Source: an uncultured Gemmataceae bacterium (lineage in GTDB: Bacteria > Planctomycetota > Planctomycetia > Gemmatales > Gemmataceae). Taken from it: a DNA stretch of 64,000 nt. Every line of letters starts with the position of its first letter. Position 1 is the stretch's first letter. The notes beneath the pieces were generated by a model. That model saw nothing but the letters and a program-made list of their open reading frames with translations, had not been told where the DNA came from and searched no databases. Position numbers and translations under genes: made by a program. The stretch is taken from contig CAVVPN010000012.1 in NCBI GenBank assembly GCA_963750165.1, positions 224,001-288,000 on the forward strand. Reading direction: 5' to 3'. Below, piece by piece: positions 36,416 through 46,480 of this stretch.

Positions 36416-38687
36416 TCAATCCTGCACCTCGCGGAAGATGCGCTCGAAGTGGCACTCGCACCGCAGCAGCACTTGCAGCAGCGCTGGATCGAACTGCCCC
36501 GGCGACCAGTCGTGCATGACCTGCAGTGCCGGCCGATGCGCCAGCGCTGGCTTGTACACCCGCCGCGACCGCAGCGCGTCGTACACGTCGCCCACGGTGA
36601 GCAGCCGCGCCGCCAGTGGGATGTCGGTGCCGGCCAGCCGGTCAGGATAGCCGCGGCCGTCCCAGCGCTCGTGGTGGTGCCGCACCAGGTCCAGGGCCAT
36701 CTGCAGGAACGCCATCGCTCCGGGGTGCTGCCGCGTCACCTCCTGCAGCGTCTCGGCGCCGATGATCGTGTGCTGCTGCATCAGCAGCCGCTCGTCCGGC
36801 GTCAACTTGCCGGGCTTGTGCAGGATGTGGTCGGGCAGGCACACCTTGCCGATGTCGTGCAACGGCGCACAGGCCACCATCATCTCAATGAAATTGGCGT
36901 CGATTTGCTCGGCATACGGCGACGCTTTGACCGCCTCCTCCGCCAGGCAGCGGCAGTAGCGCTGCACGCGCACCAGGTGGCCGCCTTTCTCCGACGCTTT
37001 GTGCTCGACCAGCTTGGCCAGCGCCAGCACCACGGCGTTGCGCGACTGCACCAGGTCGGCGTGCTCGCCGTGCAGGCTGCCCTCGATCTTCAGGTTGGCC
37101 GCCAGCAGGTGCGCGGTCAGCTGGCCGGAGCGGTCCTGGGCGTCCTTCAGCCGCAGGGCGCAGCGCACCCGCGCCCGCAGTTGCGTCCGGCTGAACGGCT
37201 TGGTCAGAAAGTCGTCGGCGCCGCACAGTAGCAACTGGGCCATGGTGTCCGCCTGGTCGTTGCCGGACATCAGGATGATCTTCAGGTGCGGTGACGACGG
37301 GTTCTCGCGCAGGCGCTTGCACAGCTCCGTGCCCACCACGTCCGGCAGGCACAGGTCCATCACGATCAGGTCGAACTGCTGGCTCGCCAGCGCCTTCATG
37401 GCGGCCTGGCCACTGGCGGCCTCTTCGGTGAGGAAGCCGTCCGCGTGCAGGGCATGGCGGCAGTAGGCGCGGATGCCGGCCTCGTCGTCCACCACCAGCA
37501 GGCGGTGCGACACATTGTCGGCGGCGCCGGCCTGCGACGCCAGCGCCGCCGGCAGTTCCCCGGGCGTCAGTTCCAGGTACGATGGCAGCGCCAGCCGCGC
37601 GGGCTTGAGGAAGCTCACCAGTGCCTGCATCACCGACTCGGCGGTCGGGTAGCGGTCATCCGGGTGCAGCGCCAGCAGCTTTTGCACGAGCGCGTCGAGG
37701 TCCCCCGGCAACTCCGGCCGGACCTTCCGCAACGACGGCGGCGGCTGGCTCAACCGGGCGTTGAGTTCCTGGATGACGTTCTCCTGACCGGGAAACGGCG
37801 GCGTCGCGGTCAGGCACCAGAACAGAGTGCCACCCAGGCCGTACAGATCGGCGCGCACGTCAACGGTATGGGCGTCGCGCATCTGCTCGGGGGCCATGTA
37901 ATCGACGGTGCCGATCAGGCTGCCGGACTCCGTCTTGCTGCTGTGGAAGTTACGTGCCAGGCCGAAGTCGAGCAGCTTGGCCTGGCCCTCCGGCGTGATG
38001 AGAATGTTGCTCGGCTTGATGTCGCGGTGGACCAGATGGTGGCGGTGCGCTTCCGACAGGGCCGAGGCAATCTGATACATCAGGTCGGCGGCGAGCGTCG
38101 GCGTCAGTGGCCCGTGTGCCTTGACGTGCTGTTCGAGATCCTGGCCGGGCACGTACTCCATGACGAAGTAGTGCAAGACGATGCCGTCCTCGTCCTCGGG
38201 CCGGCTCTCGCCGGCGTCGAAGGCCGCGATGATGTTGGAGTGCTTGAGCCTGGCGACGGCACGGATTTCCGTGAGAAAACGGCGGAGGATGCGCTGGTCC
38301 TGGTCCGCGCGGATCTGAATGACCTTGATGGCGACCTGGCGGCGCATGGCGCAGGTGCTCGGCGCGGTAGACCACCCCCATACCGCCGGCGCCGAGGCGG
38401 TCGAGAACGCGGTAGTTGCCCAGGACCATGCCGAAGGTGTTGCCGGACTCGACACGCCGGGCCTGGTACTCGGTCAGCAGGCCGTGGTGCAGCAGGCGCG
38501 GCAGCAGCTTTTCGACCGAGCGCAGGCGCAGCAGTTCTTCACGCAGGTTGGGCTCCAGACCGTCCCAGTCTTCGGCCGGGATCAGCGAGGAGGCCAACAG
38601 GCTGTGCAACAGCAGGGTCGCGGACGGACTGAGGGCCGGGTCCAGTTCCGCTGTGGGGCCCCGAGGGCGGGTCCGCGTGTCCTTCAT
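36416..38687 (-). CDS. Ser/Thr kinase - receiver - HD-GYP phosphodiesterase fusion, frameshift near 38348
   Basis: GAGGMGVVY; VAIK, HRDIKPSN, DFG, APE; VVDDE, MDLCLP, KPF; HDIGK, HHERWDGRGYP, DVYDAL. Confidence 0.9.
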
Positions 38688-38850
38688 GGTAGCGTCTCAT
38701 GCGACCTTCCGACCTCAGGCGCGGCCCAGCCAGCCAGGCGAGTCCGGGCGCTGCAACTATAGGTCACACCGCGGTGACGGGCAAATGCGAGAAGGGGTGA
38801 GAGGGGGAGGGGGTGAAAAAATCGTTTCGCGGTGGGTGGAGCACGGCAAG

Positions 38851-39138
38851 TCATTGCGGCGCTTTGAAGCCGATCTTCTCGCGCACCGCATCGGTCAGCC
38901 GTTCCAATTGCCGGCCGTGCTCCGCAAGGATCCGGATGATCTCAGCGATTTGCTTTTCGAGGCGTGCCAAGCGCTCCGCCGTCTCGCGCCGATACTCCAG
39001 TTCACGGCGCTCGAATTCCGCGTGAGCCTTGGCGTGCTCCGCCAGCTGGCCGACGAACGCCGCCTGGTTGTTGATGAGCAGCGCCATCGCTTTTACGAGC
39101 TGGTGGTGACCGTTCTGCTCGGGGGCTTGTTTTGCCAA
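38851..39138 (-). CDS. small coiled-coil hypothetical protein
   Basis: Inferred TTG start downstream of the tRNA; heptad pattern, ends VREKIGFKAPQ. Confidence 0.6.
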   Translation of the reverse strand: MAKQAPEQNGHHQLVKAMALLINNQAAFVGQLAEHAKAHAEFERRELEYRRETAERLARLEKQIAEIIRILAEHGRQLERLTDAVREKIGFKAPQ

Positions 39139-39182
39139 GGCGAACCCCTGTCCAGGCAGAGACGGCGTTTGTTCCACATCAG

Positions 39183-39257
39183 TCGGGGTGACCGGACTCG
39201 AACCGGTGACTTCTTGGTCCCAAACCAAGCGCTCTGGCCAAACTGAGCTACACCCCG
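39183..39257 (-). tRNA. tRNA-Pro (anticodon TGG), CCA not encoded
   Basis: CGGGGTG/CACCCCG acceptor stem, GCTC/GAGC D stem, CTTGG-TTTGGGA-CCAAG anticodon arm, GGTTCGAGTCC T arm. Confidence 0.97.
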
Positions 39258-39322
39258 AACCGGACCTACCTGGGATAGCCTACCGCAAAGCGATGGCCCT
39301 GCCAAGCACGTCCGGGCGAAAT

Positions 39323-39844
39323 TCACTTCAGCAACTTGAACGACTTGAAAAACTTGTCGGTGTCCGCGGAGCCGACCAGCGCCGGGCTGCCGACCGCCAT
39401 CACCTGGTACAGCTGGTTCTTGACCGCGTACAGCTGGGCTCGCACTTCCGTCTTGCCGTCCACGTCGATGAGCAGTTCGCGGCCGGGGTGGCCGCCCAGC
39501 TTCAGCGCCTTCTCGGAGCGCAGCTTGCCCTTGACGCTGCTGACCGCCCCGTCGCGAGCGTGGTCCAGTCGCCGCTCCTCCGTCTCCTTGACCGCCGAAT
39601 CCGGCAGGACCGAGACACCGACGACGTAGGCGTCGCCGCCCTTCTTCAGTTCCGCGACAGTCAACACCACGTACACCTTGCCGACCGAGGTGTTGACGGA
39701 CTGTTGGTGTTCTTGCGGCGTGCCCGGCAGCAGCACCTGAAAGCCGCCGGGTTTGTTGACGAACTCTTTCCATTCGCCGGGGTTCTGACCCACGGCCACG
39801 GACACAGGAGCCAGCAGCAAGAACCATCCCAGCAGCTTGTACAT
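39323..39844 (-). CDS. secreted hypothetical protein (PsbP-like alpha/beta candidate)
   Basis: Signal peptide, GGFQVLLPGTP, GHPGREL, LYQVMAVG, KFFKSFKL. Confidence 0.75.
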   Translation of the reverse strand: MYKLLGWFLLLAPVSVAVGQNPGEWKEFVNKPGGFQVLLPGTPQEHQQSVNTSVGKVYVVLTVAELKKGGDAYVVGVSVLPDSAVKETEERRLDHARDGAVSSVKGKLRSEKALKLGGHPGRELLIDVDGKTEVRAQLYAVKNQLYQVMAVGSPALVGSADTDKFFKSFKLLK

Positions 39845-39859
39845 GGTTGATCCTCTCCC

Positions 39860-39920
39860 GTCCGAGCCCGAGCGCCAGCGCGGGGCCAAGCGTGCCCCGC
39901 ACTGGCGCTCGGGCTCGGAC
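39860..39920. repeat. palindrome with GTCCGAGCC termini
   Basis: 27-bp arms with one mismatch. Confidence 0.85.
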
Positions 39921-39935
39921 AATCCAGCGCGGGCG

Positions 39936-40823
39936 CTAGCGCCGCAGCACCTCCAGCACCCGCATGAAATCGTCGTTGGACTCGAAGCGCAACACGATCT
40001 GCCCCCGGTCCTTCGCCTTCAATTTCACCTCGACCTTGAGCGACAACTTCTGTCGCAACTCGTCCTCGATGCCCTTGACATGGGCGGTCTTCTCCTCCGC
40101 GGGCGTCCGCGGTTCGGCCGGGGCGGACTCTTCCTTCTGCTCGCGCAGGAACTGCTCGGCCGCCTTGACGCTCAAACCGCGGGCGATGATCTGCTTGCAC
40201 AGCGCCACCTGCTGGCCGTGGTCCTTGATCCCCTTGAGCAGTTTAGCATGTCCCTCGGAGATCTGGTTGACGCGCACGGCGTCCTGCACCTCCGCGGCCA
40301 GTTCCAGCAGGTTGACCAGGTTCGTGATCGTCGGTCGTGCCAGACCGATGCGCCGGGCCAGGTCCTCGTGGCCCATCTGAAAGCGCTCAAGGTAGTCCTT
40401 GAACCCCTGGGCCTTCTCGATAGGGTTGAGGTCCTGGCGCTGAATGTTCTCAATCAGGGCCGCTTCGAGCACCTGCTGGTCGTTGAAGTCCACGACGCGC
40501 ACCGGCACGCTGGCGAGGCCAGCCGCCTGGGCGGCACGCAGACGGCGTTCACCGGCGACCAGCTGAAAGCCGTCACCGACCTGCCGGACGACCAGCGGTT
40601 GCAGGATGCCGTGACTCTTGACGCTCTCGCTCAGGGCGGTCAGTTCCTCCGCGTCGAAGGCCTTGCGCGGCTGAAACGGGTTCTGGTGAATCCTGTCCAG
40701 CGGCACTTCCGATGCATCGACGGCAACGGTTGGGCTCGGGGCCGTGATGGTGGCGGCGTCGGCGGTGCCCTCGGCGATGCCGAGCAGGGCGTCGAGGCCG
40801 CGACCGAGTCTGCGCTTCTCCAT
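39936..40823 (-). CDS. parB: chromosome partitioning protein ParB/Spo0J
   Basis: RRLGRGLDALL, NPFQPRKAF, GILQPLVVR, AGERRLRAA, ENIQRQDLNPIE, HTH, SEGHAK. Confidence 0.95.
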   Translation of the reverse strand: MEKRRLGRGLDALLGIAEGTADAATITAPSPTVAVDASEVPLDRIHQNPFQPRKAFDAEELTALSESVKSHGILQPLVVRQVGDGFQLVAGERRLRAAQAAGLASVPVRVVDFNDQQVLEAALIENIQRQDLNPIEKAQGFKDYLERFQMGHEDLARRIGLARPTITNLVNLLELAAEVQDAVRVNQISEGHAKLLKGIKDHGQQVALCKQIIARGLSVKAAEQFLREQKEESAPAEPRTPAEEKTAHVKGIEDELRQKLSLKVEVKLKAKDRGQIVLRFESNDDFMRVLEVLRR

Positions 40824-40933
40824 GACCAAACCTCCGCTCAGGGCTGGGGGCTCGAATCCTTCCGAGGCTGGCATTCTAAACCAACGCGGGGGCGGGAACA
40901 ATCGGGGTTTGCCTGCGCTCCACCGCTTCTGTC

Positions 40934-40980
40934 CCGCCGCAAGCGGCGTAGCGGTCAGATCGCTACGCCGCTTGCGGCGG
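40934..40980. repeat. REP-like palindrome, 20-bp perfect arms
   Basis: CCGCCGCAAGCGGCGTAGCG / CGCTACGCCGCTTGCGGCGG; half-copy at 52085-52104. Confidence 0.85.
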
Positions 40981-40995
40981 AAGAACCGGCGCTAC

Positions 40996-41011
40996 CGTTC
41001 CACGCGGAACG
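40996..41011. promoter_or_regulatory. parS-like site
   Basis: CGTTCCACGCGGAACG versus TGTTCCACGTGGAACA; intergenic, about 170 bp upstream of parB. Confidence 0.65.
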
Positions 41012-41851
41012 TCAGTGCCCAGGTTCGTTCAGCATCCGAAGCAGGTAATCGCGCCCCGCCAGCACTTCCGCGATCACGTTCGCCCCGTGTTCGCGCTCGA
41101 TCACCAGCGGCCTCGGATAGTCGAGGCGCCGCAGTTCTGCCAGCAGCCCGGCGAAGGGCACCTCACCCTGACCGAGGGGGACTTCCGTTCCCAACCACTC
41201 CGGTGTCGCGGTCGAGAGCGCGTCCTTGGCGTGGAAGCCGCGTACGTGACGGCCCAGCGTGCGCAACGCCTGCAACGGCTCATCGGTCCCGTACAGCAGG
41301 AAGTTCGCCGGGTCGAAATTCACGCCGAGGTTCAGCCGGCCCACGTCCTCAATGAACCGCAGCAGGCGCGCGGCCGACTCCTGCCCCGTCTCCAGATTAA
41401 ATCCGAGGGACAATTCGGAGCAACGGTCGCAAATGCGTTGCACGACCTTGACCAGCGCGCGGTAATCCGCATGGGCGCGGTCCTCTGGCAAAAATCCGAG
41501 ATGTGCGCTCACCAACGGCGCTCCCACGTCCTGCGCCAGTCCGCAAAACTCCAGTGCCACCCGCGTCCGATGCTCGCGCAGTTCCGGCAGCACCAACCCG
41601 ACGGTGCGGCGGATGCTCAGAATGTCACGGTAGCTCTGCCCGTCGAAGCCGACGAACATGGTGTCAATGGTCAGGCCGCTGTCCCGTGCGGCGGCGACGT
41701 ACGCGGCCCGTTCCGGCCCGGTCAGCCACCGCTCCGGCAGGGCACTGGTGTGGACGACGCGAAAGCCCAGGTCCGCGGCGACGCGGAAGGCGCGCAGGCG
41801 ATCCGGCTCCAGGTTGTTGAGCATGACGCCGATTTCGAGCGGTTGCGGCAT
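41012..41851 (-). CDS. sugar phosphate isomerase/epimerase (xylose isomerase-like TIM barrel)
   Basis: LETGQE, GVNFDPAN, HAKD, VPLGQG, VIERE. Confidence 0.88.
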   Translation of the reverse strand: MPQPLEIGVMLNNLEPDRLRAFRVAADLGFRVVHTSALPERWLTGPERAAYVAAARDSGLTIDTMFVGFDGQSYRDILSIRRTVGLVLPELREHRTRVALEFCGLAQDVGAPLVSAHLGFLPEDRAHADYRALVKVVQRICDRCSELSLGFNLETGQESAARLLRFIEDVGRLNLGVNFDPANFLLYGTDEPLQALRTLGRHVRGFHAKDALSTATPEWLGTEVPLGQGEVPFAGLLAELRRLDYPRPLVIEREHGANVIAEVLAGRDYLLRMLNEPGH

Positions 41852-42020
41852 GGCGGCCCCTGTCATTTTTACTTTGTAATTGTAATTTGTACCATGTCCA
41901 GGACTTACGTCATTTGCTCTTTTCATGAAGGGCGGTTCGCGGTTAAGATTCGCCGCGTCGTGACGACGGAACCGTCCGACAGGGGCCACGGACGGCCCAG
42001 GAAGCGGAAGAGGTTGATGG

Positions 42021-42752
42021 ATGAAGGGACTCATCGCGGCGGCGGGGCTCAGCACCCGCATGCAGGACCTCGGTGATCGGCAGAACAAGGTGCTCCTCGA
42101 CCTCGGCGGCGACACGTTGCTGGGGTCCATTCTCACGAACTTCGAGCGGGCCGGCATCACCGAGACGACCGTCCTGGTCGGGCACGACGCCTTCGCGGTC
42201 CAGGACTTCTGTGGCAAGCGGGCCACCTGTCTGCTGAACCCGTTTTACGAGCACGCGGGCATTCTCGGTAGTGTCTGGCAGGCGCTGCCATACCTGGAGG
42301 GCCACGGGTTCACCTTCACCACGGGCGATCACTTCTTTTCCTTCGAGCGCTTCCAGCGCTTCCTGGCGGACCAGCCCGAGGCGGACGTTCTTGTGGACGT
42401 GGAGTTGAAGCCGTGCGACGACGAGGACATGAAGGTCTTCGCGGAGCGCAACGGCGACTTCCGCACCATGAGCAAGACGTTCCTCAAGGGCGGTCTGGTG
42501 CTGGGCGAGTTCACGGGCTGTGTCCGTTTCAGTGCCGACGGCAGCGCTCAGTTCTTTGAGACGCTCCGGCGGCAGGCCTGGCAGCGCGGGCTGCAAGGCT
42601 ACGTCGCGGACCTGCTGTGCAAGCTCCACCGCAAGTGGCCCCTCGCGTTCCATCTCAGTGACGACCATGGCCGGGTCGAGGTCGATTTCCCGTACGACCT
42701 GGCGAAAGCGCGGCAGCTCCACCGTCAGTTCAGCCCACGCAAGACCGGCTGA
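42021..42752 (+). CDS. nucleotidyltransferase (phosphocholine/sugar-phosphate cytidylyltransferase-like)
   Basis: IAAAGLSTRM...NKVLL, GD, DEDMKV, GEFTG, EVDFPYDL. Confidence 0.82.
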   Translation: MKGLIAAAGLSTRMQDLGDRQNKVLLDLGGDTLLGSILTNFERAGITETTVLVGHDAFAVQDFCGKRATCLLNPFYEHAGILGSVWQALPYLEGHGFTFTTGDHFFSFERFQRFLADQPEADVLVDVELKPCDDEDMKVFAERNGDFRTMSKTFLKGGLVLGEFTGCVRFSADGSAQFFETLRRQAWQRGLQGYVADLLCKLHRKWPLAFHLSDDHGRVEVDFPYDLAKARQLHRQFSPRKTG

Positions 42753-42756
42753 ATCG

Positions 42757-42842
42757 GAAGGATGAATTACGAAGGATGAAGGCTGAATAGAACCGAAACT
42801 ATTCTTTCCTTTTTCATCCTTCATCCTTCATCCTTCATCCTT
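42757..42842. repeat. inverted heptamer arrays GGATGAA units / (TTCATCC)x4
   Basis: Read directly, intergenic. Confidence 0.85.
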
Positions 42843-42870
42843 TCCCTAATCCTTTCTGCAGGAACAGAGC

Positions 42871-43977
42871 ATGAATCGCGACCCCATTCTCATCCGCGTC
42901 GATGCCACGCCCCGCACCGGCTATGAGGGGCTGGCCCGCTGCCTGACGCTGGCGGCGGCGATCCAGCGGCGGCGGCGGCCGGTGTACTTCCTGTCGCAGC
43001 TGGAGCCCGGGTCGCTGGGTCTGCAGATCAAGCGCGCCGGCAACGAATGGCTTGAGGCCGACAACACTGCCGGCTCCCCCGACGACGCCACCGAGACGAT
43101 TCAGGAGATGCGCCGCCTGAACCCCGCGGCGGTGGTGACGGACGTGCCTGACGGGACACCCGGCTACCTGACAGAACTGCGAGCCAGTTCGCGGCTGCTG
43201 GCGGCGCTGGACCACCAGGCGGCGGGGCGAGTGCCGGCGCACCTCATCATCAACCCGTTGCTGGGGCCAGGCAAGGAGAGCTACGAGTTTGACCCGGGCA
43301 CGCAGCTACTGCTGGGGCAGCGCTACGCGCTGGTGCGGCCGGAAGTGCGACGGCTGCGGCAGGTGCGTTCGCAGGAACCGCCGCCGGTGCCAGTGCAGGG
43401 CCAGGTGCGCAACACGAATCAGTTCCGCGCCCTGGTGTCGCTGGGCGAGGACGACCCGCACCGCCGCACGCTGGAGCTGTCGAAGTTGCTGCTGGCGGTG
43501 CCGCGCATCGCCCGGGTGGACGTGGTGGTGCGTTCCTATCACCCGGACCTGGAAAAGTTGCAGGCGCTGGCGGCGGCGCACCCGGAGCGGCTGGAGGTGG
43601 CGCTGGAGCCGAACGAGATCAGCGCCCGCCTGGTGCGTGCGCACTTCGCGGTCACCAACGGCGGCGGCTGGTCGGTGGAGCTGGCGTGCATCGGCGTACC
43701 GCAACTGCTCATCGTGCAGAACGAGGCCCACTGGCCGACGGCCCAGCGGCTGGAGGAGGAGGGCTGTGCGGCCTGCCTGGGCTGGCACGAGAGCGTGTCG
43801 CCGAGCACCATCCGCCAGGCGGTGCAGAACCTGCTCAGCGACCCGATCGAACGGCAGGCGCTGGCCCGCTGCGCCCGCAACCTGATCGACGGTCGCGGCC
43901 CGGATCGGTTGGTGACGGCCCTGGAAATCCTGCTGCACCCGTCGCGGTCGCTGGACTTCAGCAGCGAGGCGGCGTAG
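42871..43977 (+). CDS. PseG/SpsG-like GT-B fold protein
   Basis: ILIRVDA..TGY..LARCLTLA, LLLGQRYALVRPE, LVSLG..D, GGWSVELACIGVP, IDGRG..R. Confidence 0.82.
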   Translation: MNRDPILIRVDATPRTGYEGLARCLTLAAAIQRRRRPVYFLSQLEPGSLGLQIKRAGNEWLEADNTAGSPDDATETIQEMRRLNPAAVVTDVPDGTPGYLTELRASSRLLAALDHQAAGRVPAHLIINPLLGPGKESYEFDPGTQLLLGQRYALVRPEVRRLRQVRSQEPPPVPVQGQVRNTNQFRALVSLGEDDPHRRTLELSKLLLAVPRIARVDVVVRSYHPDLEKLQALAAAHPERLEVALEPNEISARLVRAHFAVTNGGGWSVELACIGVPQLLIVQNEAHWPTAQRLEEEGCAACLGWHESVSPSTIRQAVQNLLSDPIERQALARCARNLIDGRGPDRLVTALEILLHPSRSLDFSSEAA

Positions 43978-43984
43978 CCCGGAA

Positions 43985-44118
43985 AAATTAGCCACAGAGG
44001 ACACAGAGAGCACAGAGAGAAGAAGAGAGAATGGGTTTCAACCCGGTAGCCGCGACTCTTTCGAAGGGTCGCGGCTTCTTTCTTTCTCAGTGTCCTCAGT
44101 GTCCTCTGTGGCTAAATT
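43985..44118. repeat. inverted repeat (CACAGAG units) enclosing a terminator-like hairpin
   Basis: TTAGCCACAGAGGACAC... / ...GTGTCCTCTGTGGCTAA; inner AGCCGCGACTCTT-TCG-AAGGGTCGCGGCT plus TCTTTCTTT at 44048-44085. Confidence 0.85.
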
Positions 44119-44208
44119 TGGCCCGCTAACCTTGCTCTTGGCCATGCTCGCGCTTTATGCTGCGGGTGGTTTTTGCCCCCACCCTAACCCGAGCGCGGTG
44201 ACCCGGAC

Positions 44209-45963
44209 ATGGACAAGAACGAAGTCGCGGCCATTCTCGACGAAATCGGCACCCTGCTGGAACTGCAGGGCGAAAACTCCTTCCGCTGCAACGCCTACCA
44301 CAACGGCGCCCGCGCCATTGAACAGCTGGAGACGAAGCTCAGCGATCTGGTCGCCGCCGGCACACTCAAGGACGTGCCCGGCATCGGCGAAACACTGCGC
44401 GAGAAGATCACCACGCTGGTCACCACCGGCAAGCTACCGTTCTACGAGGAACTTAAACAGAAGACGCCGCCCGCCCTGGTGCAGATGCTGCGCATCCAGG
44501 GCATGGGACCGAAGAAGGTCAAGGCGTTGTACGATCAGCTCGGCATCGATTCGCTGGACAAACTCAAGGCCGCGTGCGAGAGCGGCCAGGTCGCGGAACT
44601 GAAGGGCTTCGGCGCCAAGACGCAGGCGAAGATTCTGGAGGGCATGGCGTTTCTCAGCCAGGCCGGCGTTGGCGAACGTGTGCGGCTGGACCAGGCGCTG
44701 CCGCTGGCGCGGCAGATCATGGAGCAGCTGGCGAAGTGCCCCGGCGTCATCCGCATGGAGCTGGGCGGCAGTCTGCGGCGGCGGCGCGAGACCATCGGCG
44801 ACATGGACATCCTCGTCAGTACCGATGATGCGAAGCCGATCATGGACGCCTTCGTGAGTTTCCCACAGGTGTTGCAGGTGACCGGCCACGGCGACACCAA
44901 GTCGAGTACGGTGCTGGCCGGACCCACCGAGGGTGGCAAGCGCGTGGTCATGAATGCGGACCTGCGCGTGGTCAAGGACGCGCAGTTCCCGTTCGCGCTG
45001 CACTACTTCACCGGCGGCAAGGAGCACAACATTCAGATGCGCATCCGCGCCCAGGAACGCGGTCTGAAGCTCAATGAGTACGAGTTGGCCGGCGACGGCA
45101 AGCACATCAAGTGCAAGGACGAGGCGGACATCTTCAAGTATTTTGGGCTCGATTACATCGAACCGGAGATGCGCGAACAGACTGGCGAACTGGAGGCGGC
45201 CGAGAAACACCAGCTGCCGAAGTTGATCGAACTCGATGATTTGCAGGGGACGTTCCACTGCCACACGACCTACAGCGACGGCAACGCGACGCTGGAAGAA
45301 ATGGCGCTGGCGGCGAAGAAGCTGGGCTTCAAGTACCTGGGCATCGGCGACCACTCGCAATCGTTGCAGGTGGCCAACGGCCTGACCATCGACCGCGTGA
45401 AGAAACAGCACCAGGAGATTGACGCCCTCAATGCGAAGCTGAAAGGCATCCACATCTTCAAGGGTACGGAGTGCGACATCCTCGCGGACGGCAGTCTGGA
45501 TTTTCCGGACGAGGTGCTGGGCTGGTTCGATTACGTGGTGGCCAGCGTCCATACGCATTTCAACCAGTCCGAAGAGGAGATAACGAAGCGCATCATCAAG
45601 GCGATCAGCCACCCGCGCGTGACGATGCTGGGCCACGCGACGGGCCGGCTGCTGCTGCGCCGCGAGGGCTACAAGGTCGATCTCGAAGCGGTGCTGCAGG
45701 CGGCGGCGAAACATCACACAATGGTCGAGATCAACGCCCATCCAATGCGGCTGGACATCGACTGGATTCATTGCAAGCGGGCCAAGGCGCTCGGCGTGCA
45801 GCTGGTCATCAACCCGGACGCGCACAGCACCCATGATCTGGAGTATGTGGAGTATGGGGTGTACGTGGCGCGGCGTGGCTGGCTGGAAAAGGAGAATGTG
45901 TTCAACACGAAGTCGCTGGCCCAGATCACGAAGGAACTGGAACTGCGGAAGCAGCGTGCCTGA
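44209..45963 (+). CDS. polX: DNA polymerase X with PHP domain
   Basis: GSLRRRRETIGDMDIL, ADLR, YFTGGKEHN, HCHTTYSDG, EINAHPMRLD, DAH. Confidence 0.95.
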   Translation: MDKNEVAAILDEIGTLLELQGENSFRCNAYHNGARAIEQLETKLSDLVAAGTLKDVPGIGETLREKITTLVTTGKLPFYEELKQKTPPALVQMLRIQGMGPKKVKALYDQLGIDSLDKLKAACESGQVAELKGFGAKTQAKILEGMAFLSQAGVGERVRLDQALPLARQIMEQLAKCPGVIRMELGGSLRRRRETIGDMDILVSTDDAKPIMDAFVSFPQVLQVTGHGDTKSSTVLAGPTEGGKRVVMNADLRVVKDAQFPFALHYFTGGKEHNIQMRIRAQERGLKLNEYELAGDGKHIKCKDEADIFKYFGLDYIEPEMREQTGELEAAEKHQLPKLIELDDLQGTFHCHTTYSDGNATLEEMALAAKKLGFKYLGIGDHSQSLQVANGLTIDRVKKQHQEIDALNAKLKGIHIFKGTECDILADGSLDFPDEVLGWFDYVVASVHTHFNQSEEEITKRIIKAISHPRVTMLGHATGRLLLRREGYKVDLEAVLQAAAKHHTMVEINAHPMRLDIDWIHCKRAKALGVQLVINPDAHSTHDLEYVEYGVYVARRGWLEKENVFNTKSLAQITKELELRKQRA

Positions 45964-46020
45964 CAGGCCGGAACTGTCCAGAAGCAATCACCGTCTCTGA
46001 AGCAGAAGGAGAAAGACGAC

Positions 46021-46350
46021 ATGAATTTTACTGTAAAAACCGACGCTCCGCCGATTCGCGAAGATGCTAGCGGAGCCCTGCGTGTCGGCGATTCCCGAGT
46101 GCTGCTCGAACTGGTGATCCGGGCGTTCCAGGATGGAGCGACCCCGGAAACGATAGTGCTGCGCTACGACACCCTGGCACTTGAAGACGTCTACGCCATC
46201 ATCACGTACTACCTGCGCCACCGAGACGACATCGAGCAGTACCTTGCCCAGCGCGAACAACAAGCGGAAGAAATGCGGCAGCAGATGGAGCGCCAACAGA
46301 GCGACCTGAGCGAAATCCGTGCGCGCCTGCAAGCCCGGCGACGATCCTGA
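46021..46350 (+). CDS. DUF433 family antitoxin (VapB45-like)
   Basis: RVGDSRVLLELVI..F..GATPETI...Y..L.L.DVYA.I.YY. Confidence 0.88.
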   Translation: MNFTVKTDAPPIREDASGALRVGDSRVLLELVIRAFQDGATPETIVLRYDTLALEDVYAIITYYLRHRDDIEQYLAQREQQAEEMRQQMERQQSDLSEIRARLQARRRS

Positions 46351-46480
46351 GAACAGGCCGAATTGCGACTGCCTACCCGCCCGGACGACTTTTATCGTAT
46401 CGTGGGGGCGCGGAGCCGGCGGCGACCTGAGCGAAATCCGTGCAGGCCCGTAGGCCCGGCCGCGATCCTGAGGACAAGCC

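Noticed and set aside
38851..39228. 125-aa ORF as given in the ORF track
   Set aside because: Its 5' part overlaps the tRNA; a later TTG start at 39138 is more plausible.
38700..39257. Genomic island integrated at tRNA-Pro
   Set aside because: No integrase and no duplicated tRNA 3' end were recognised in the window.
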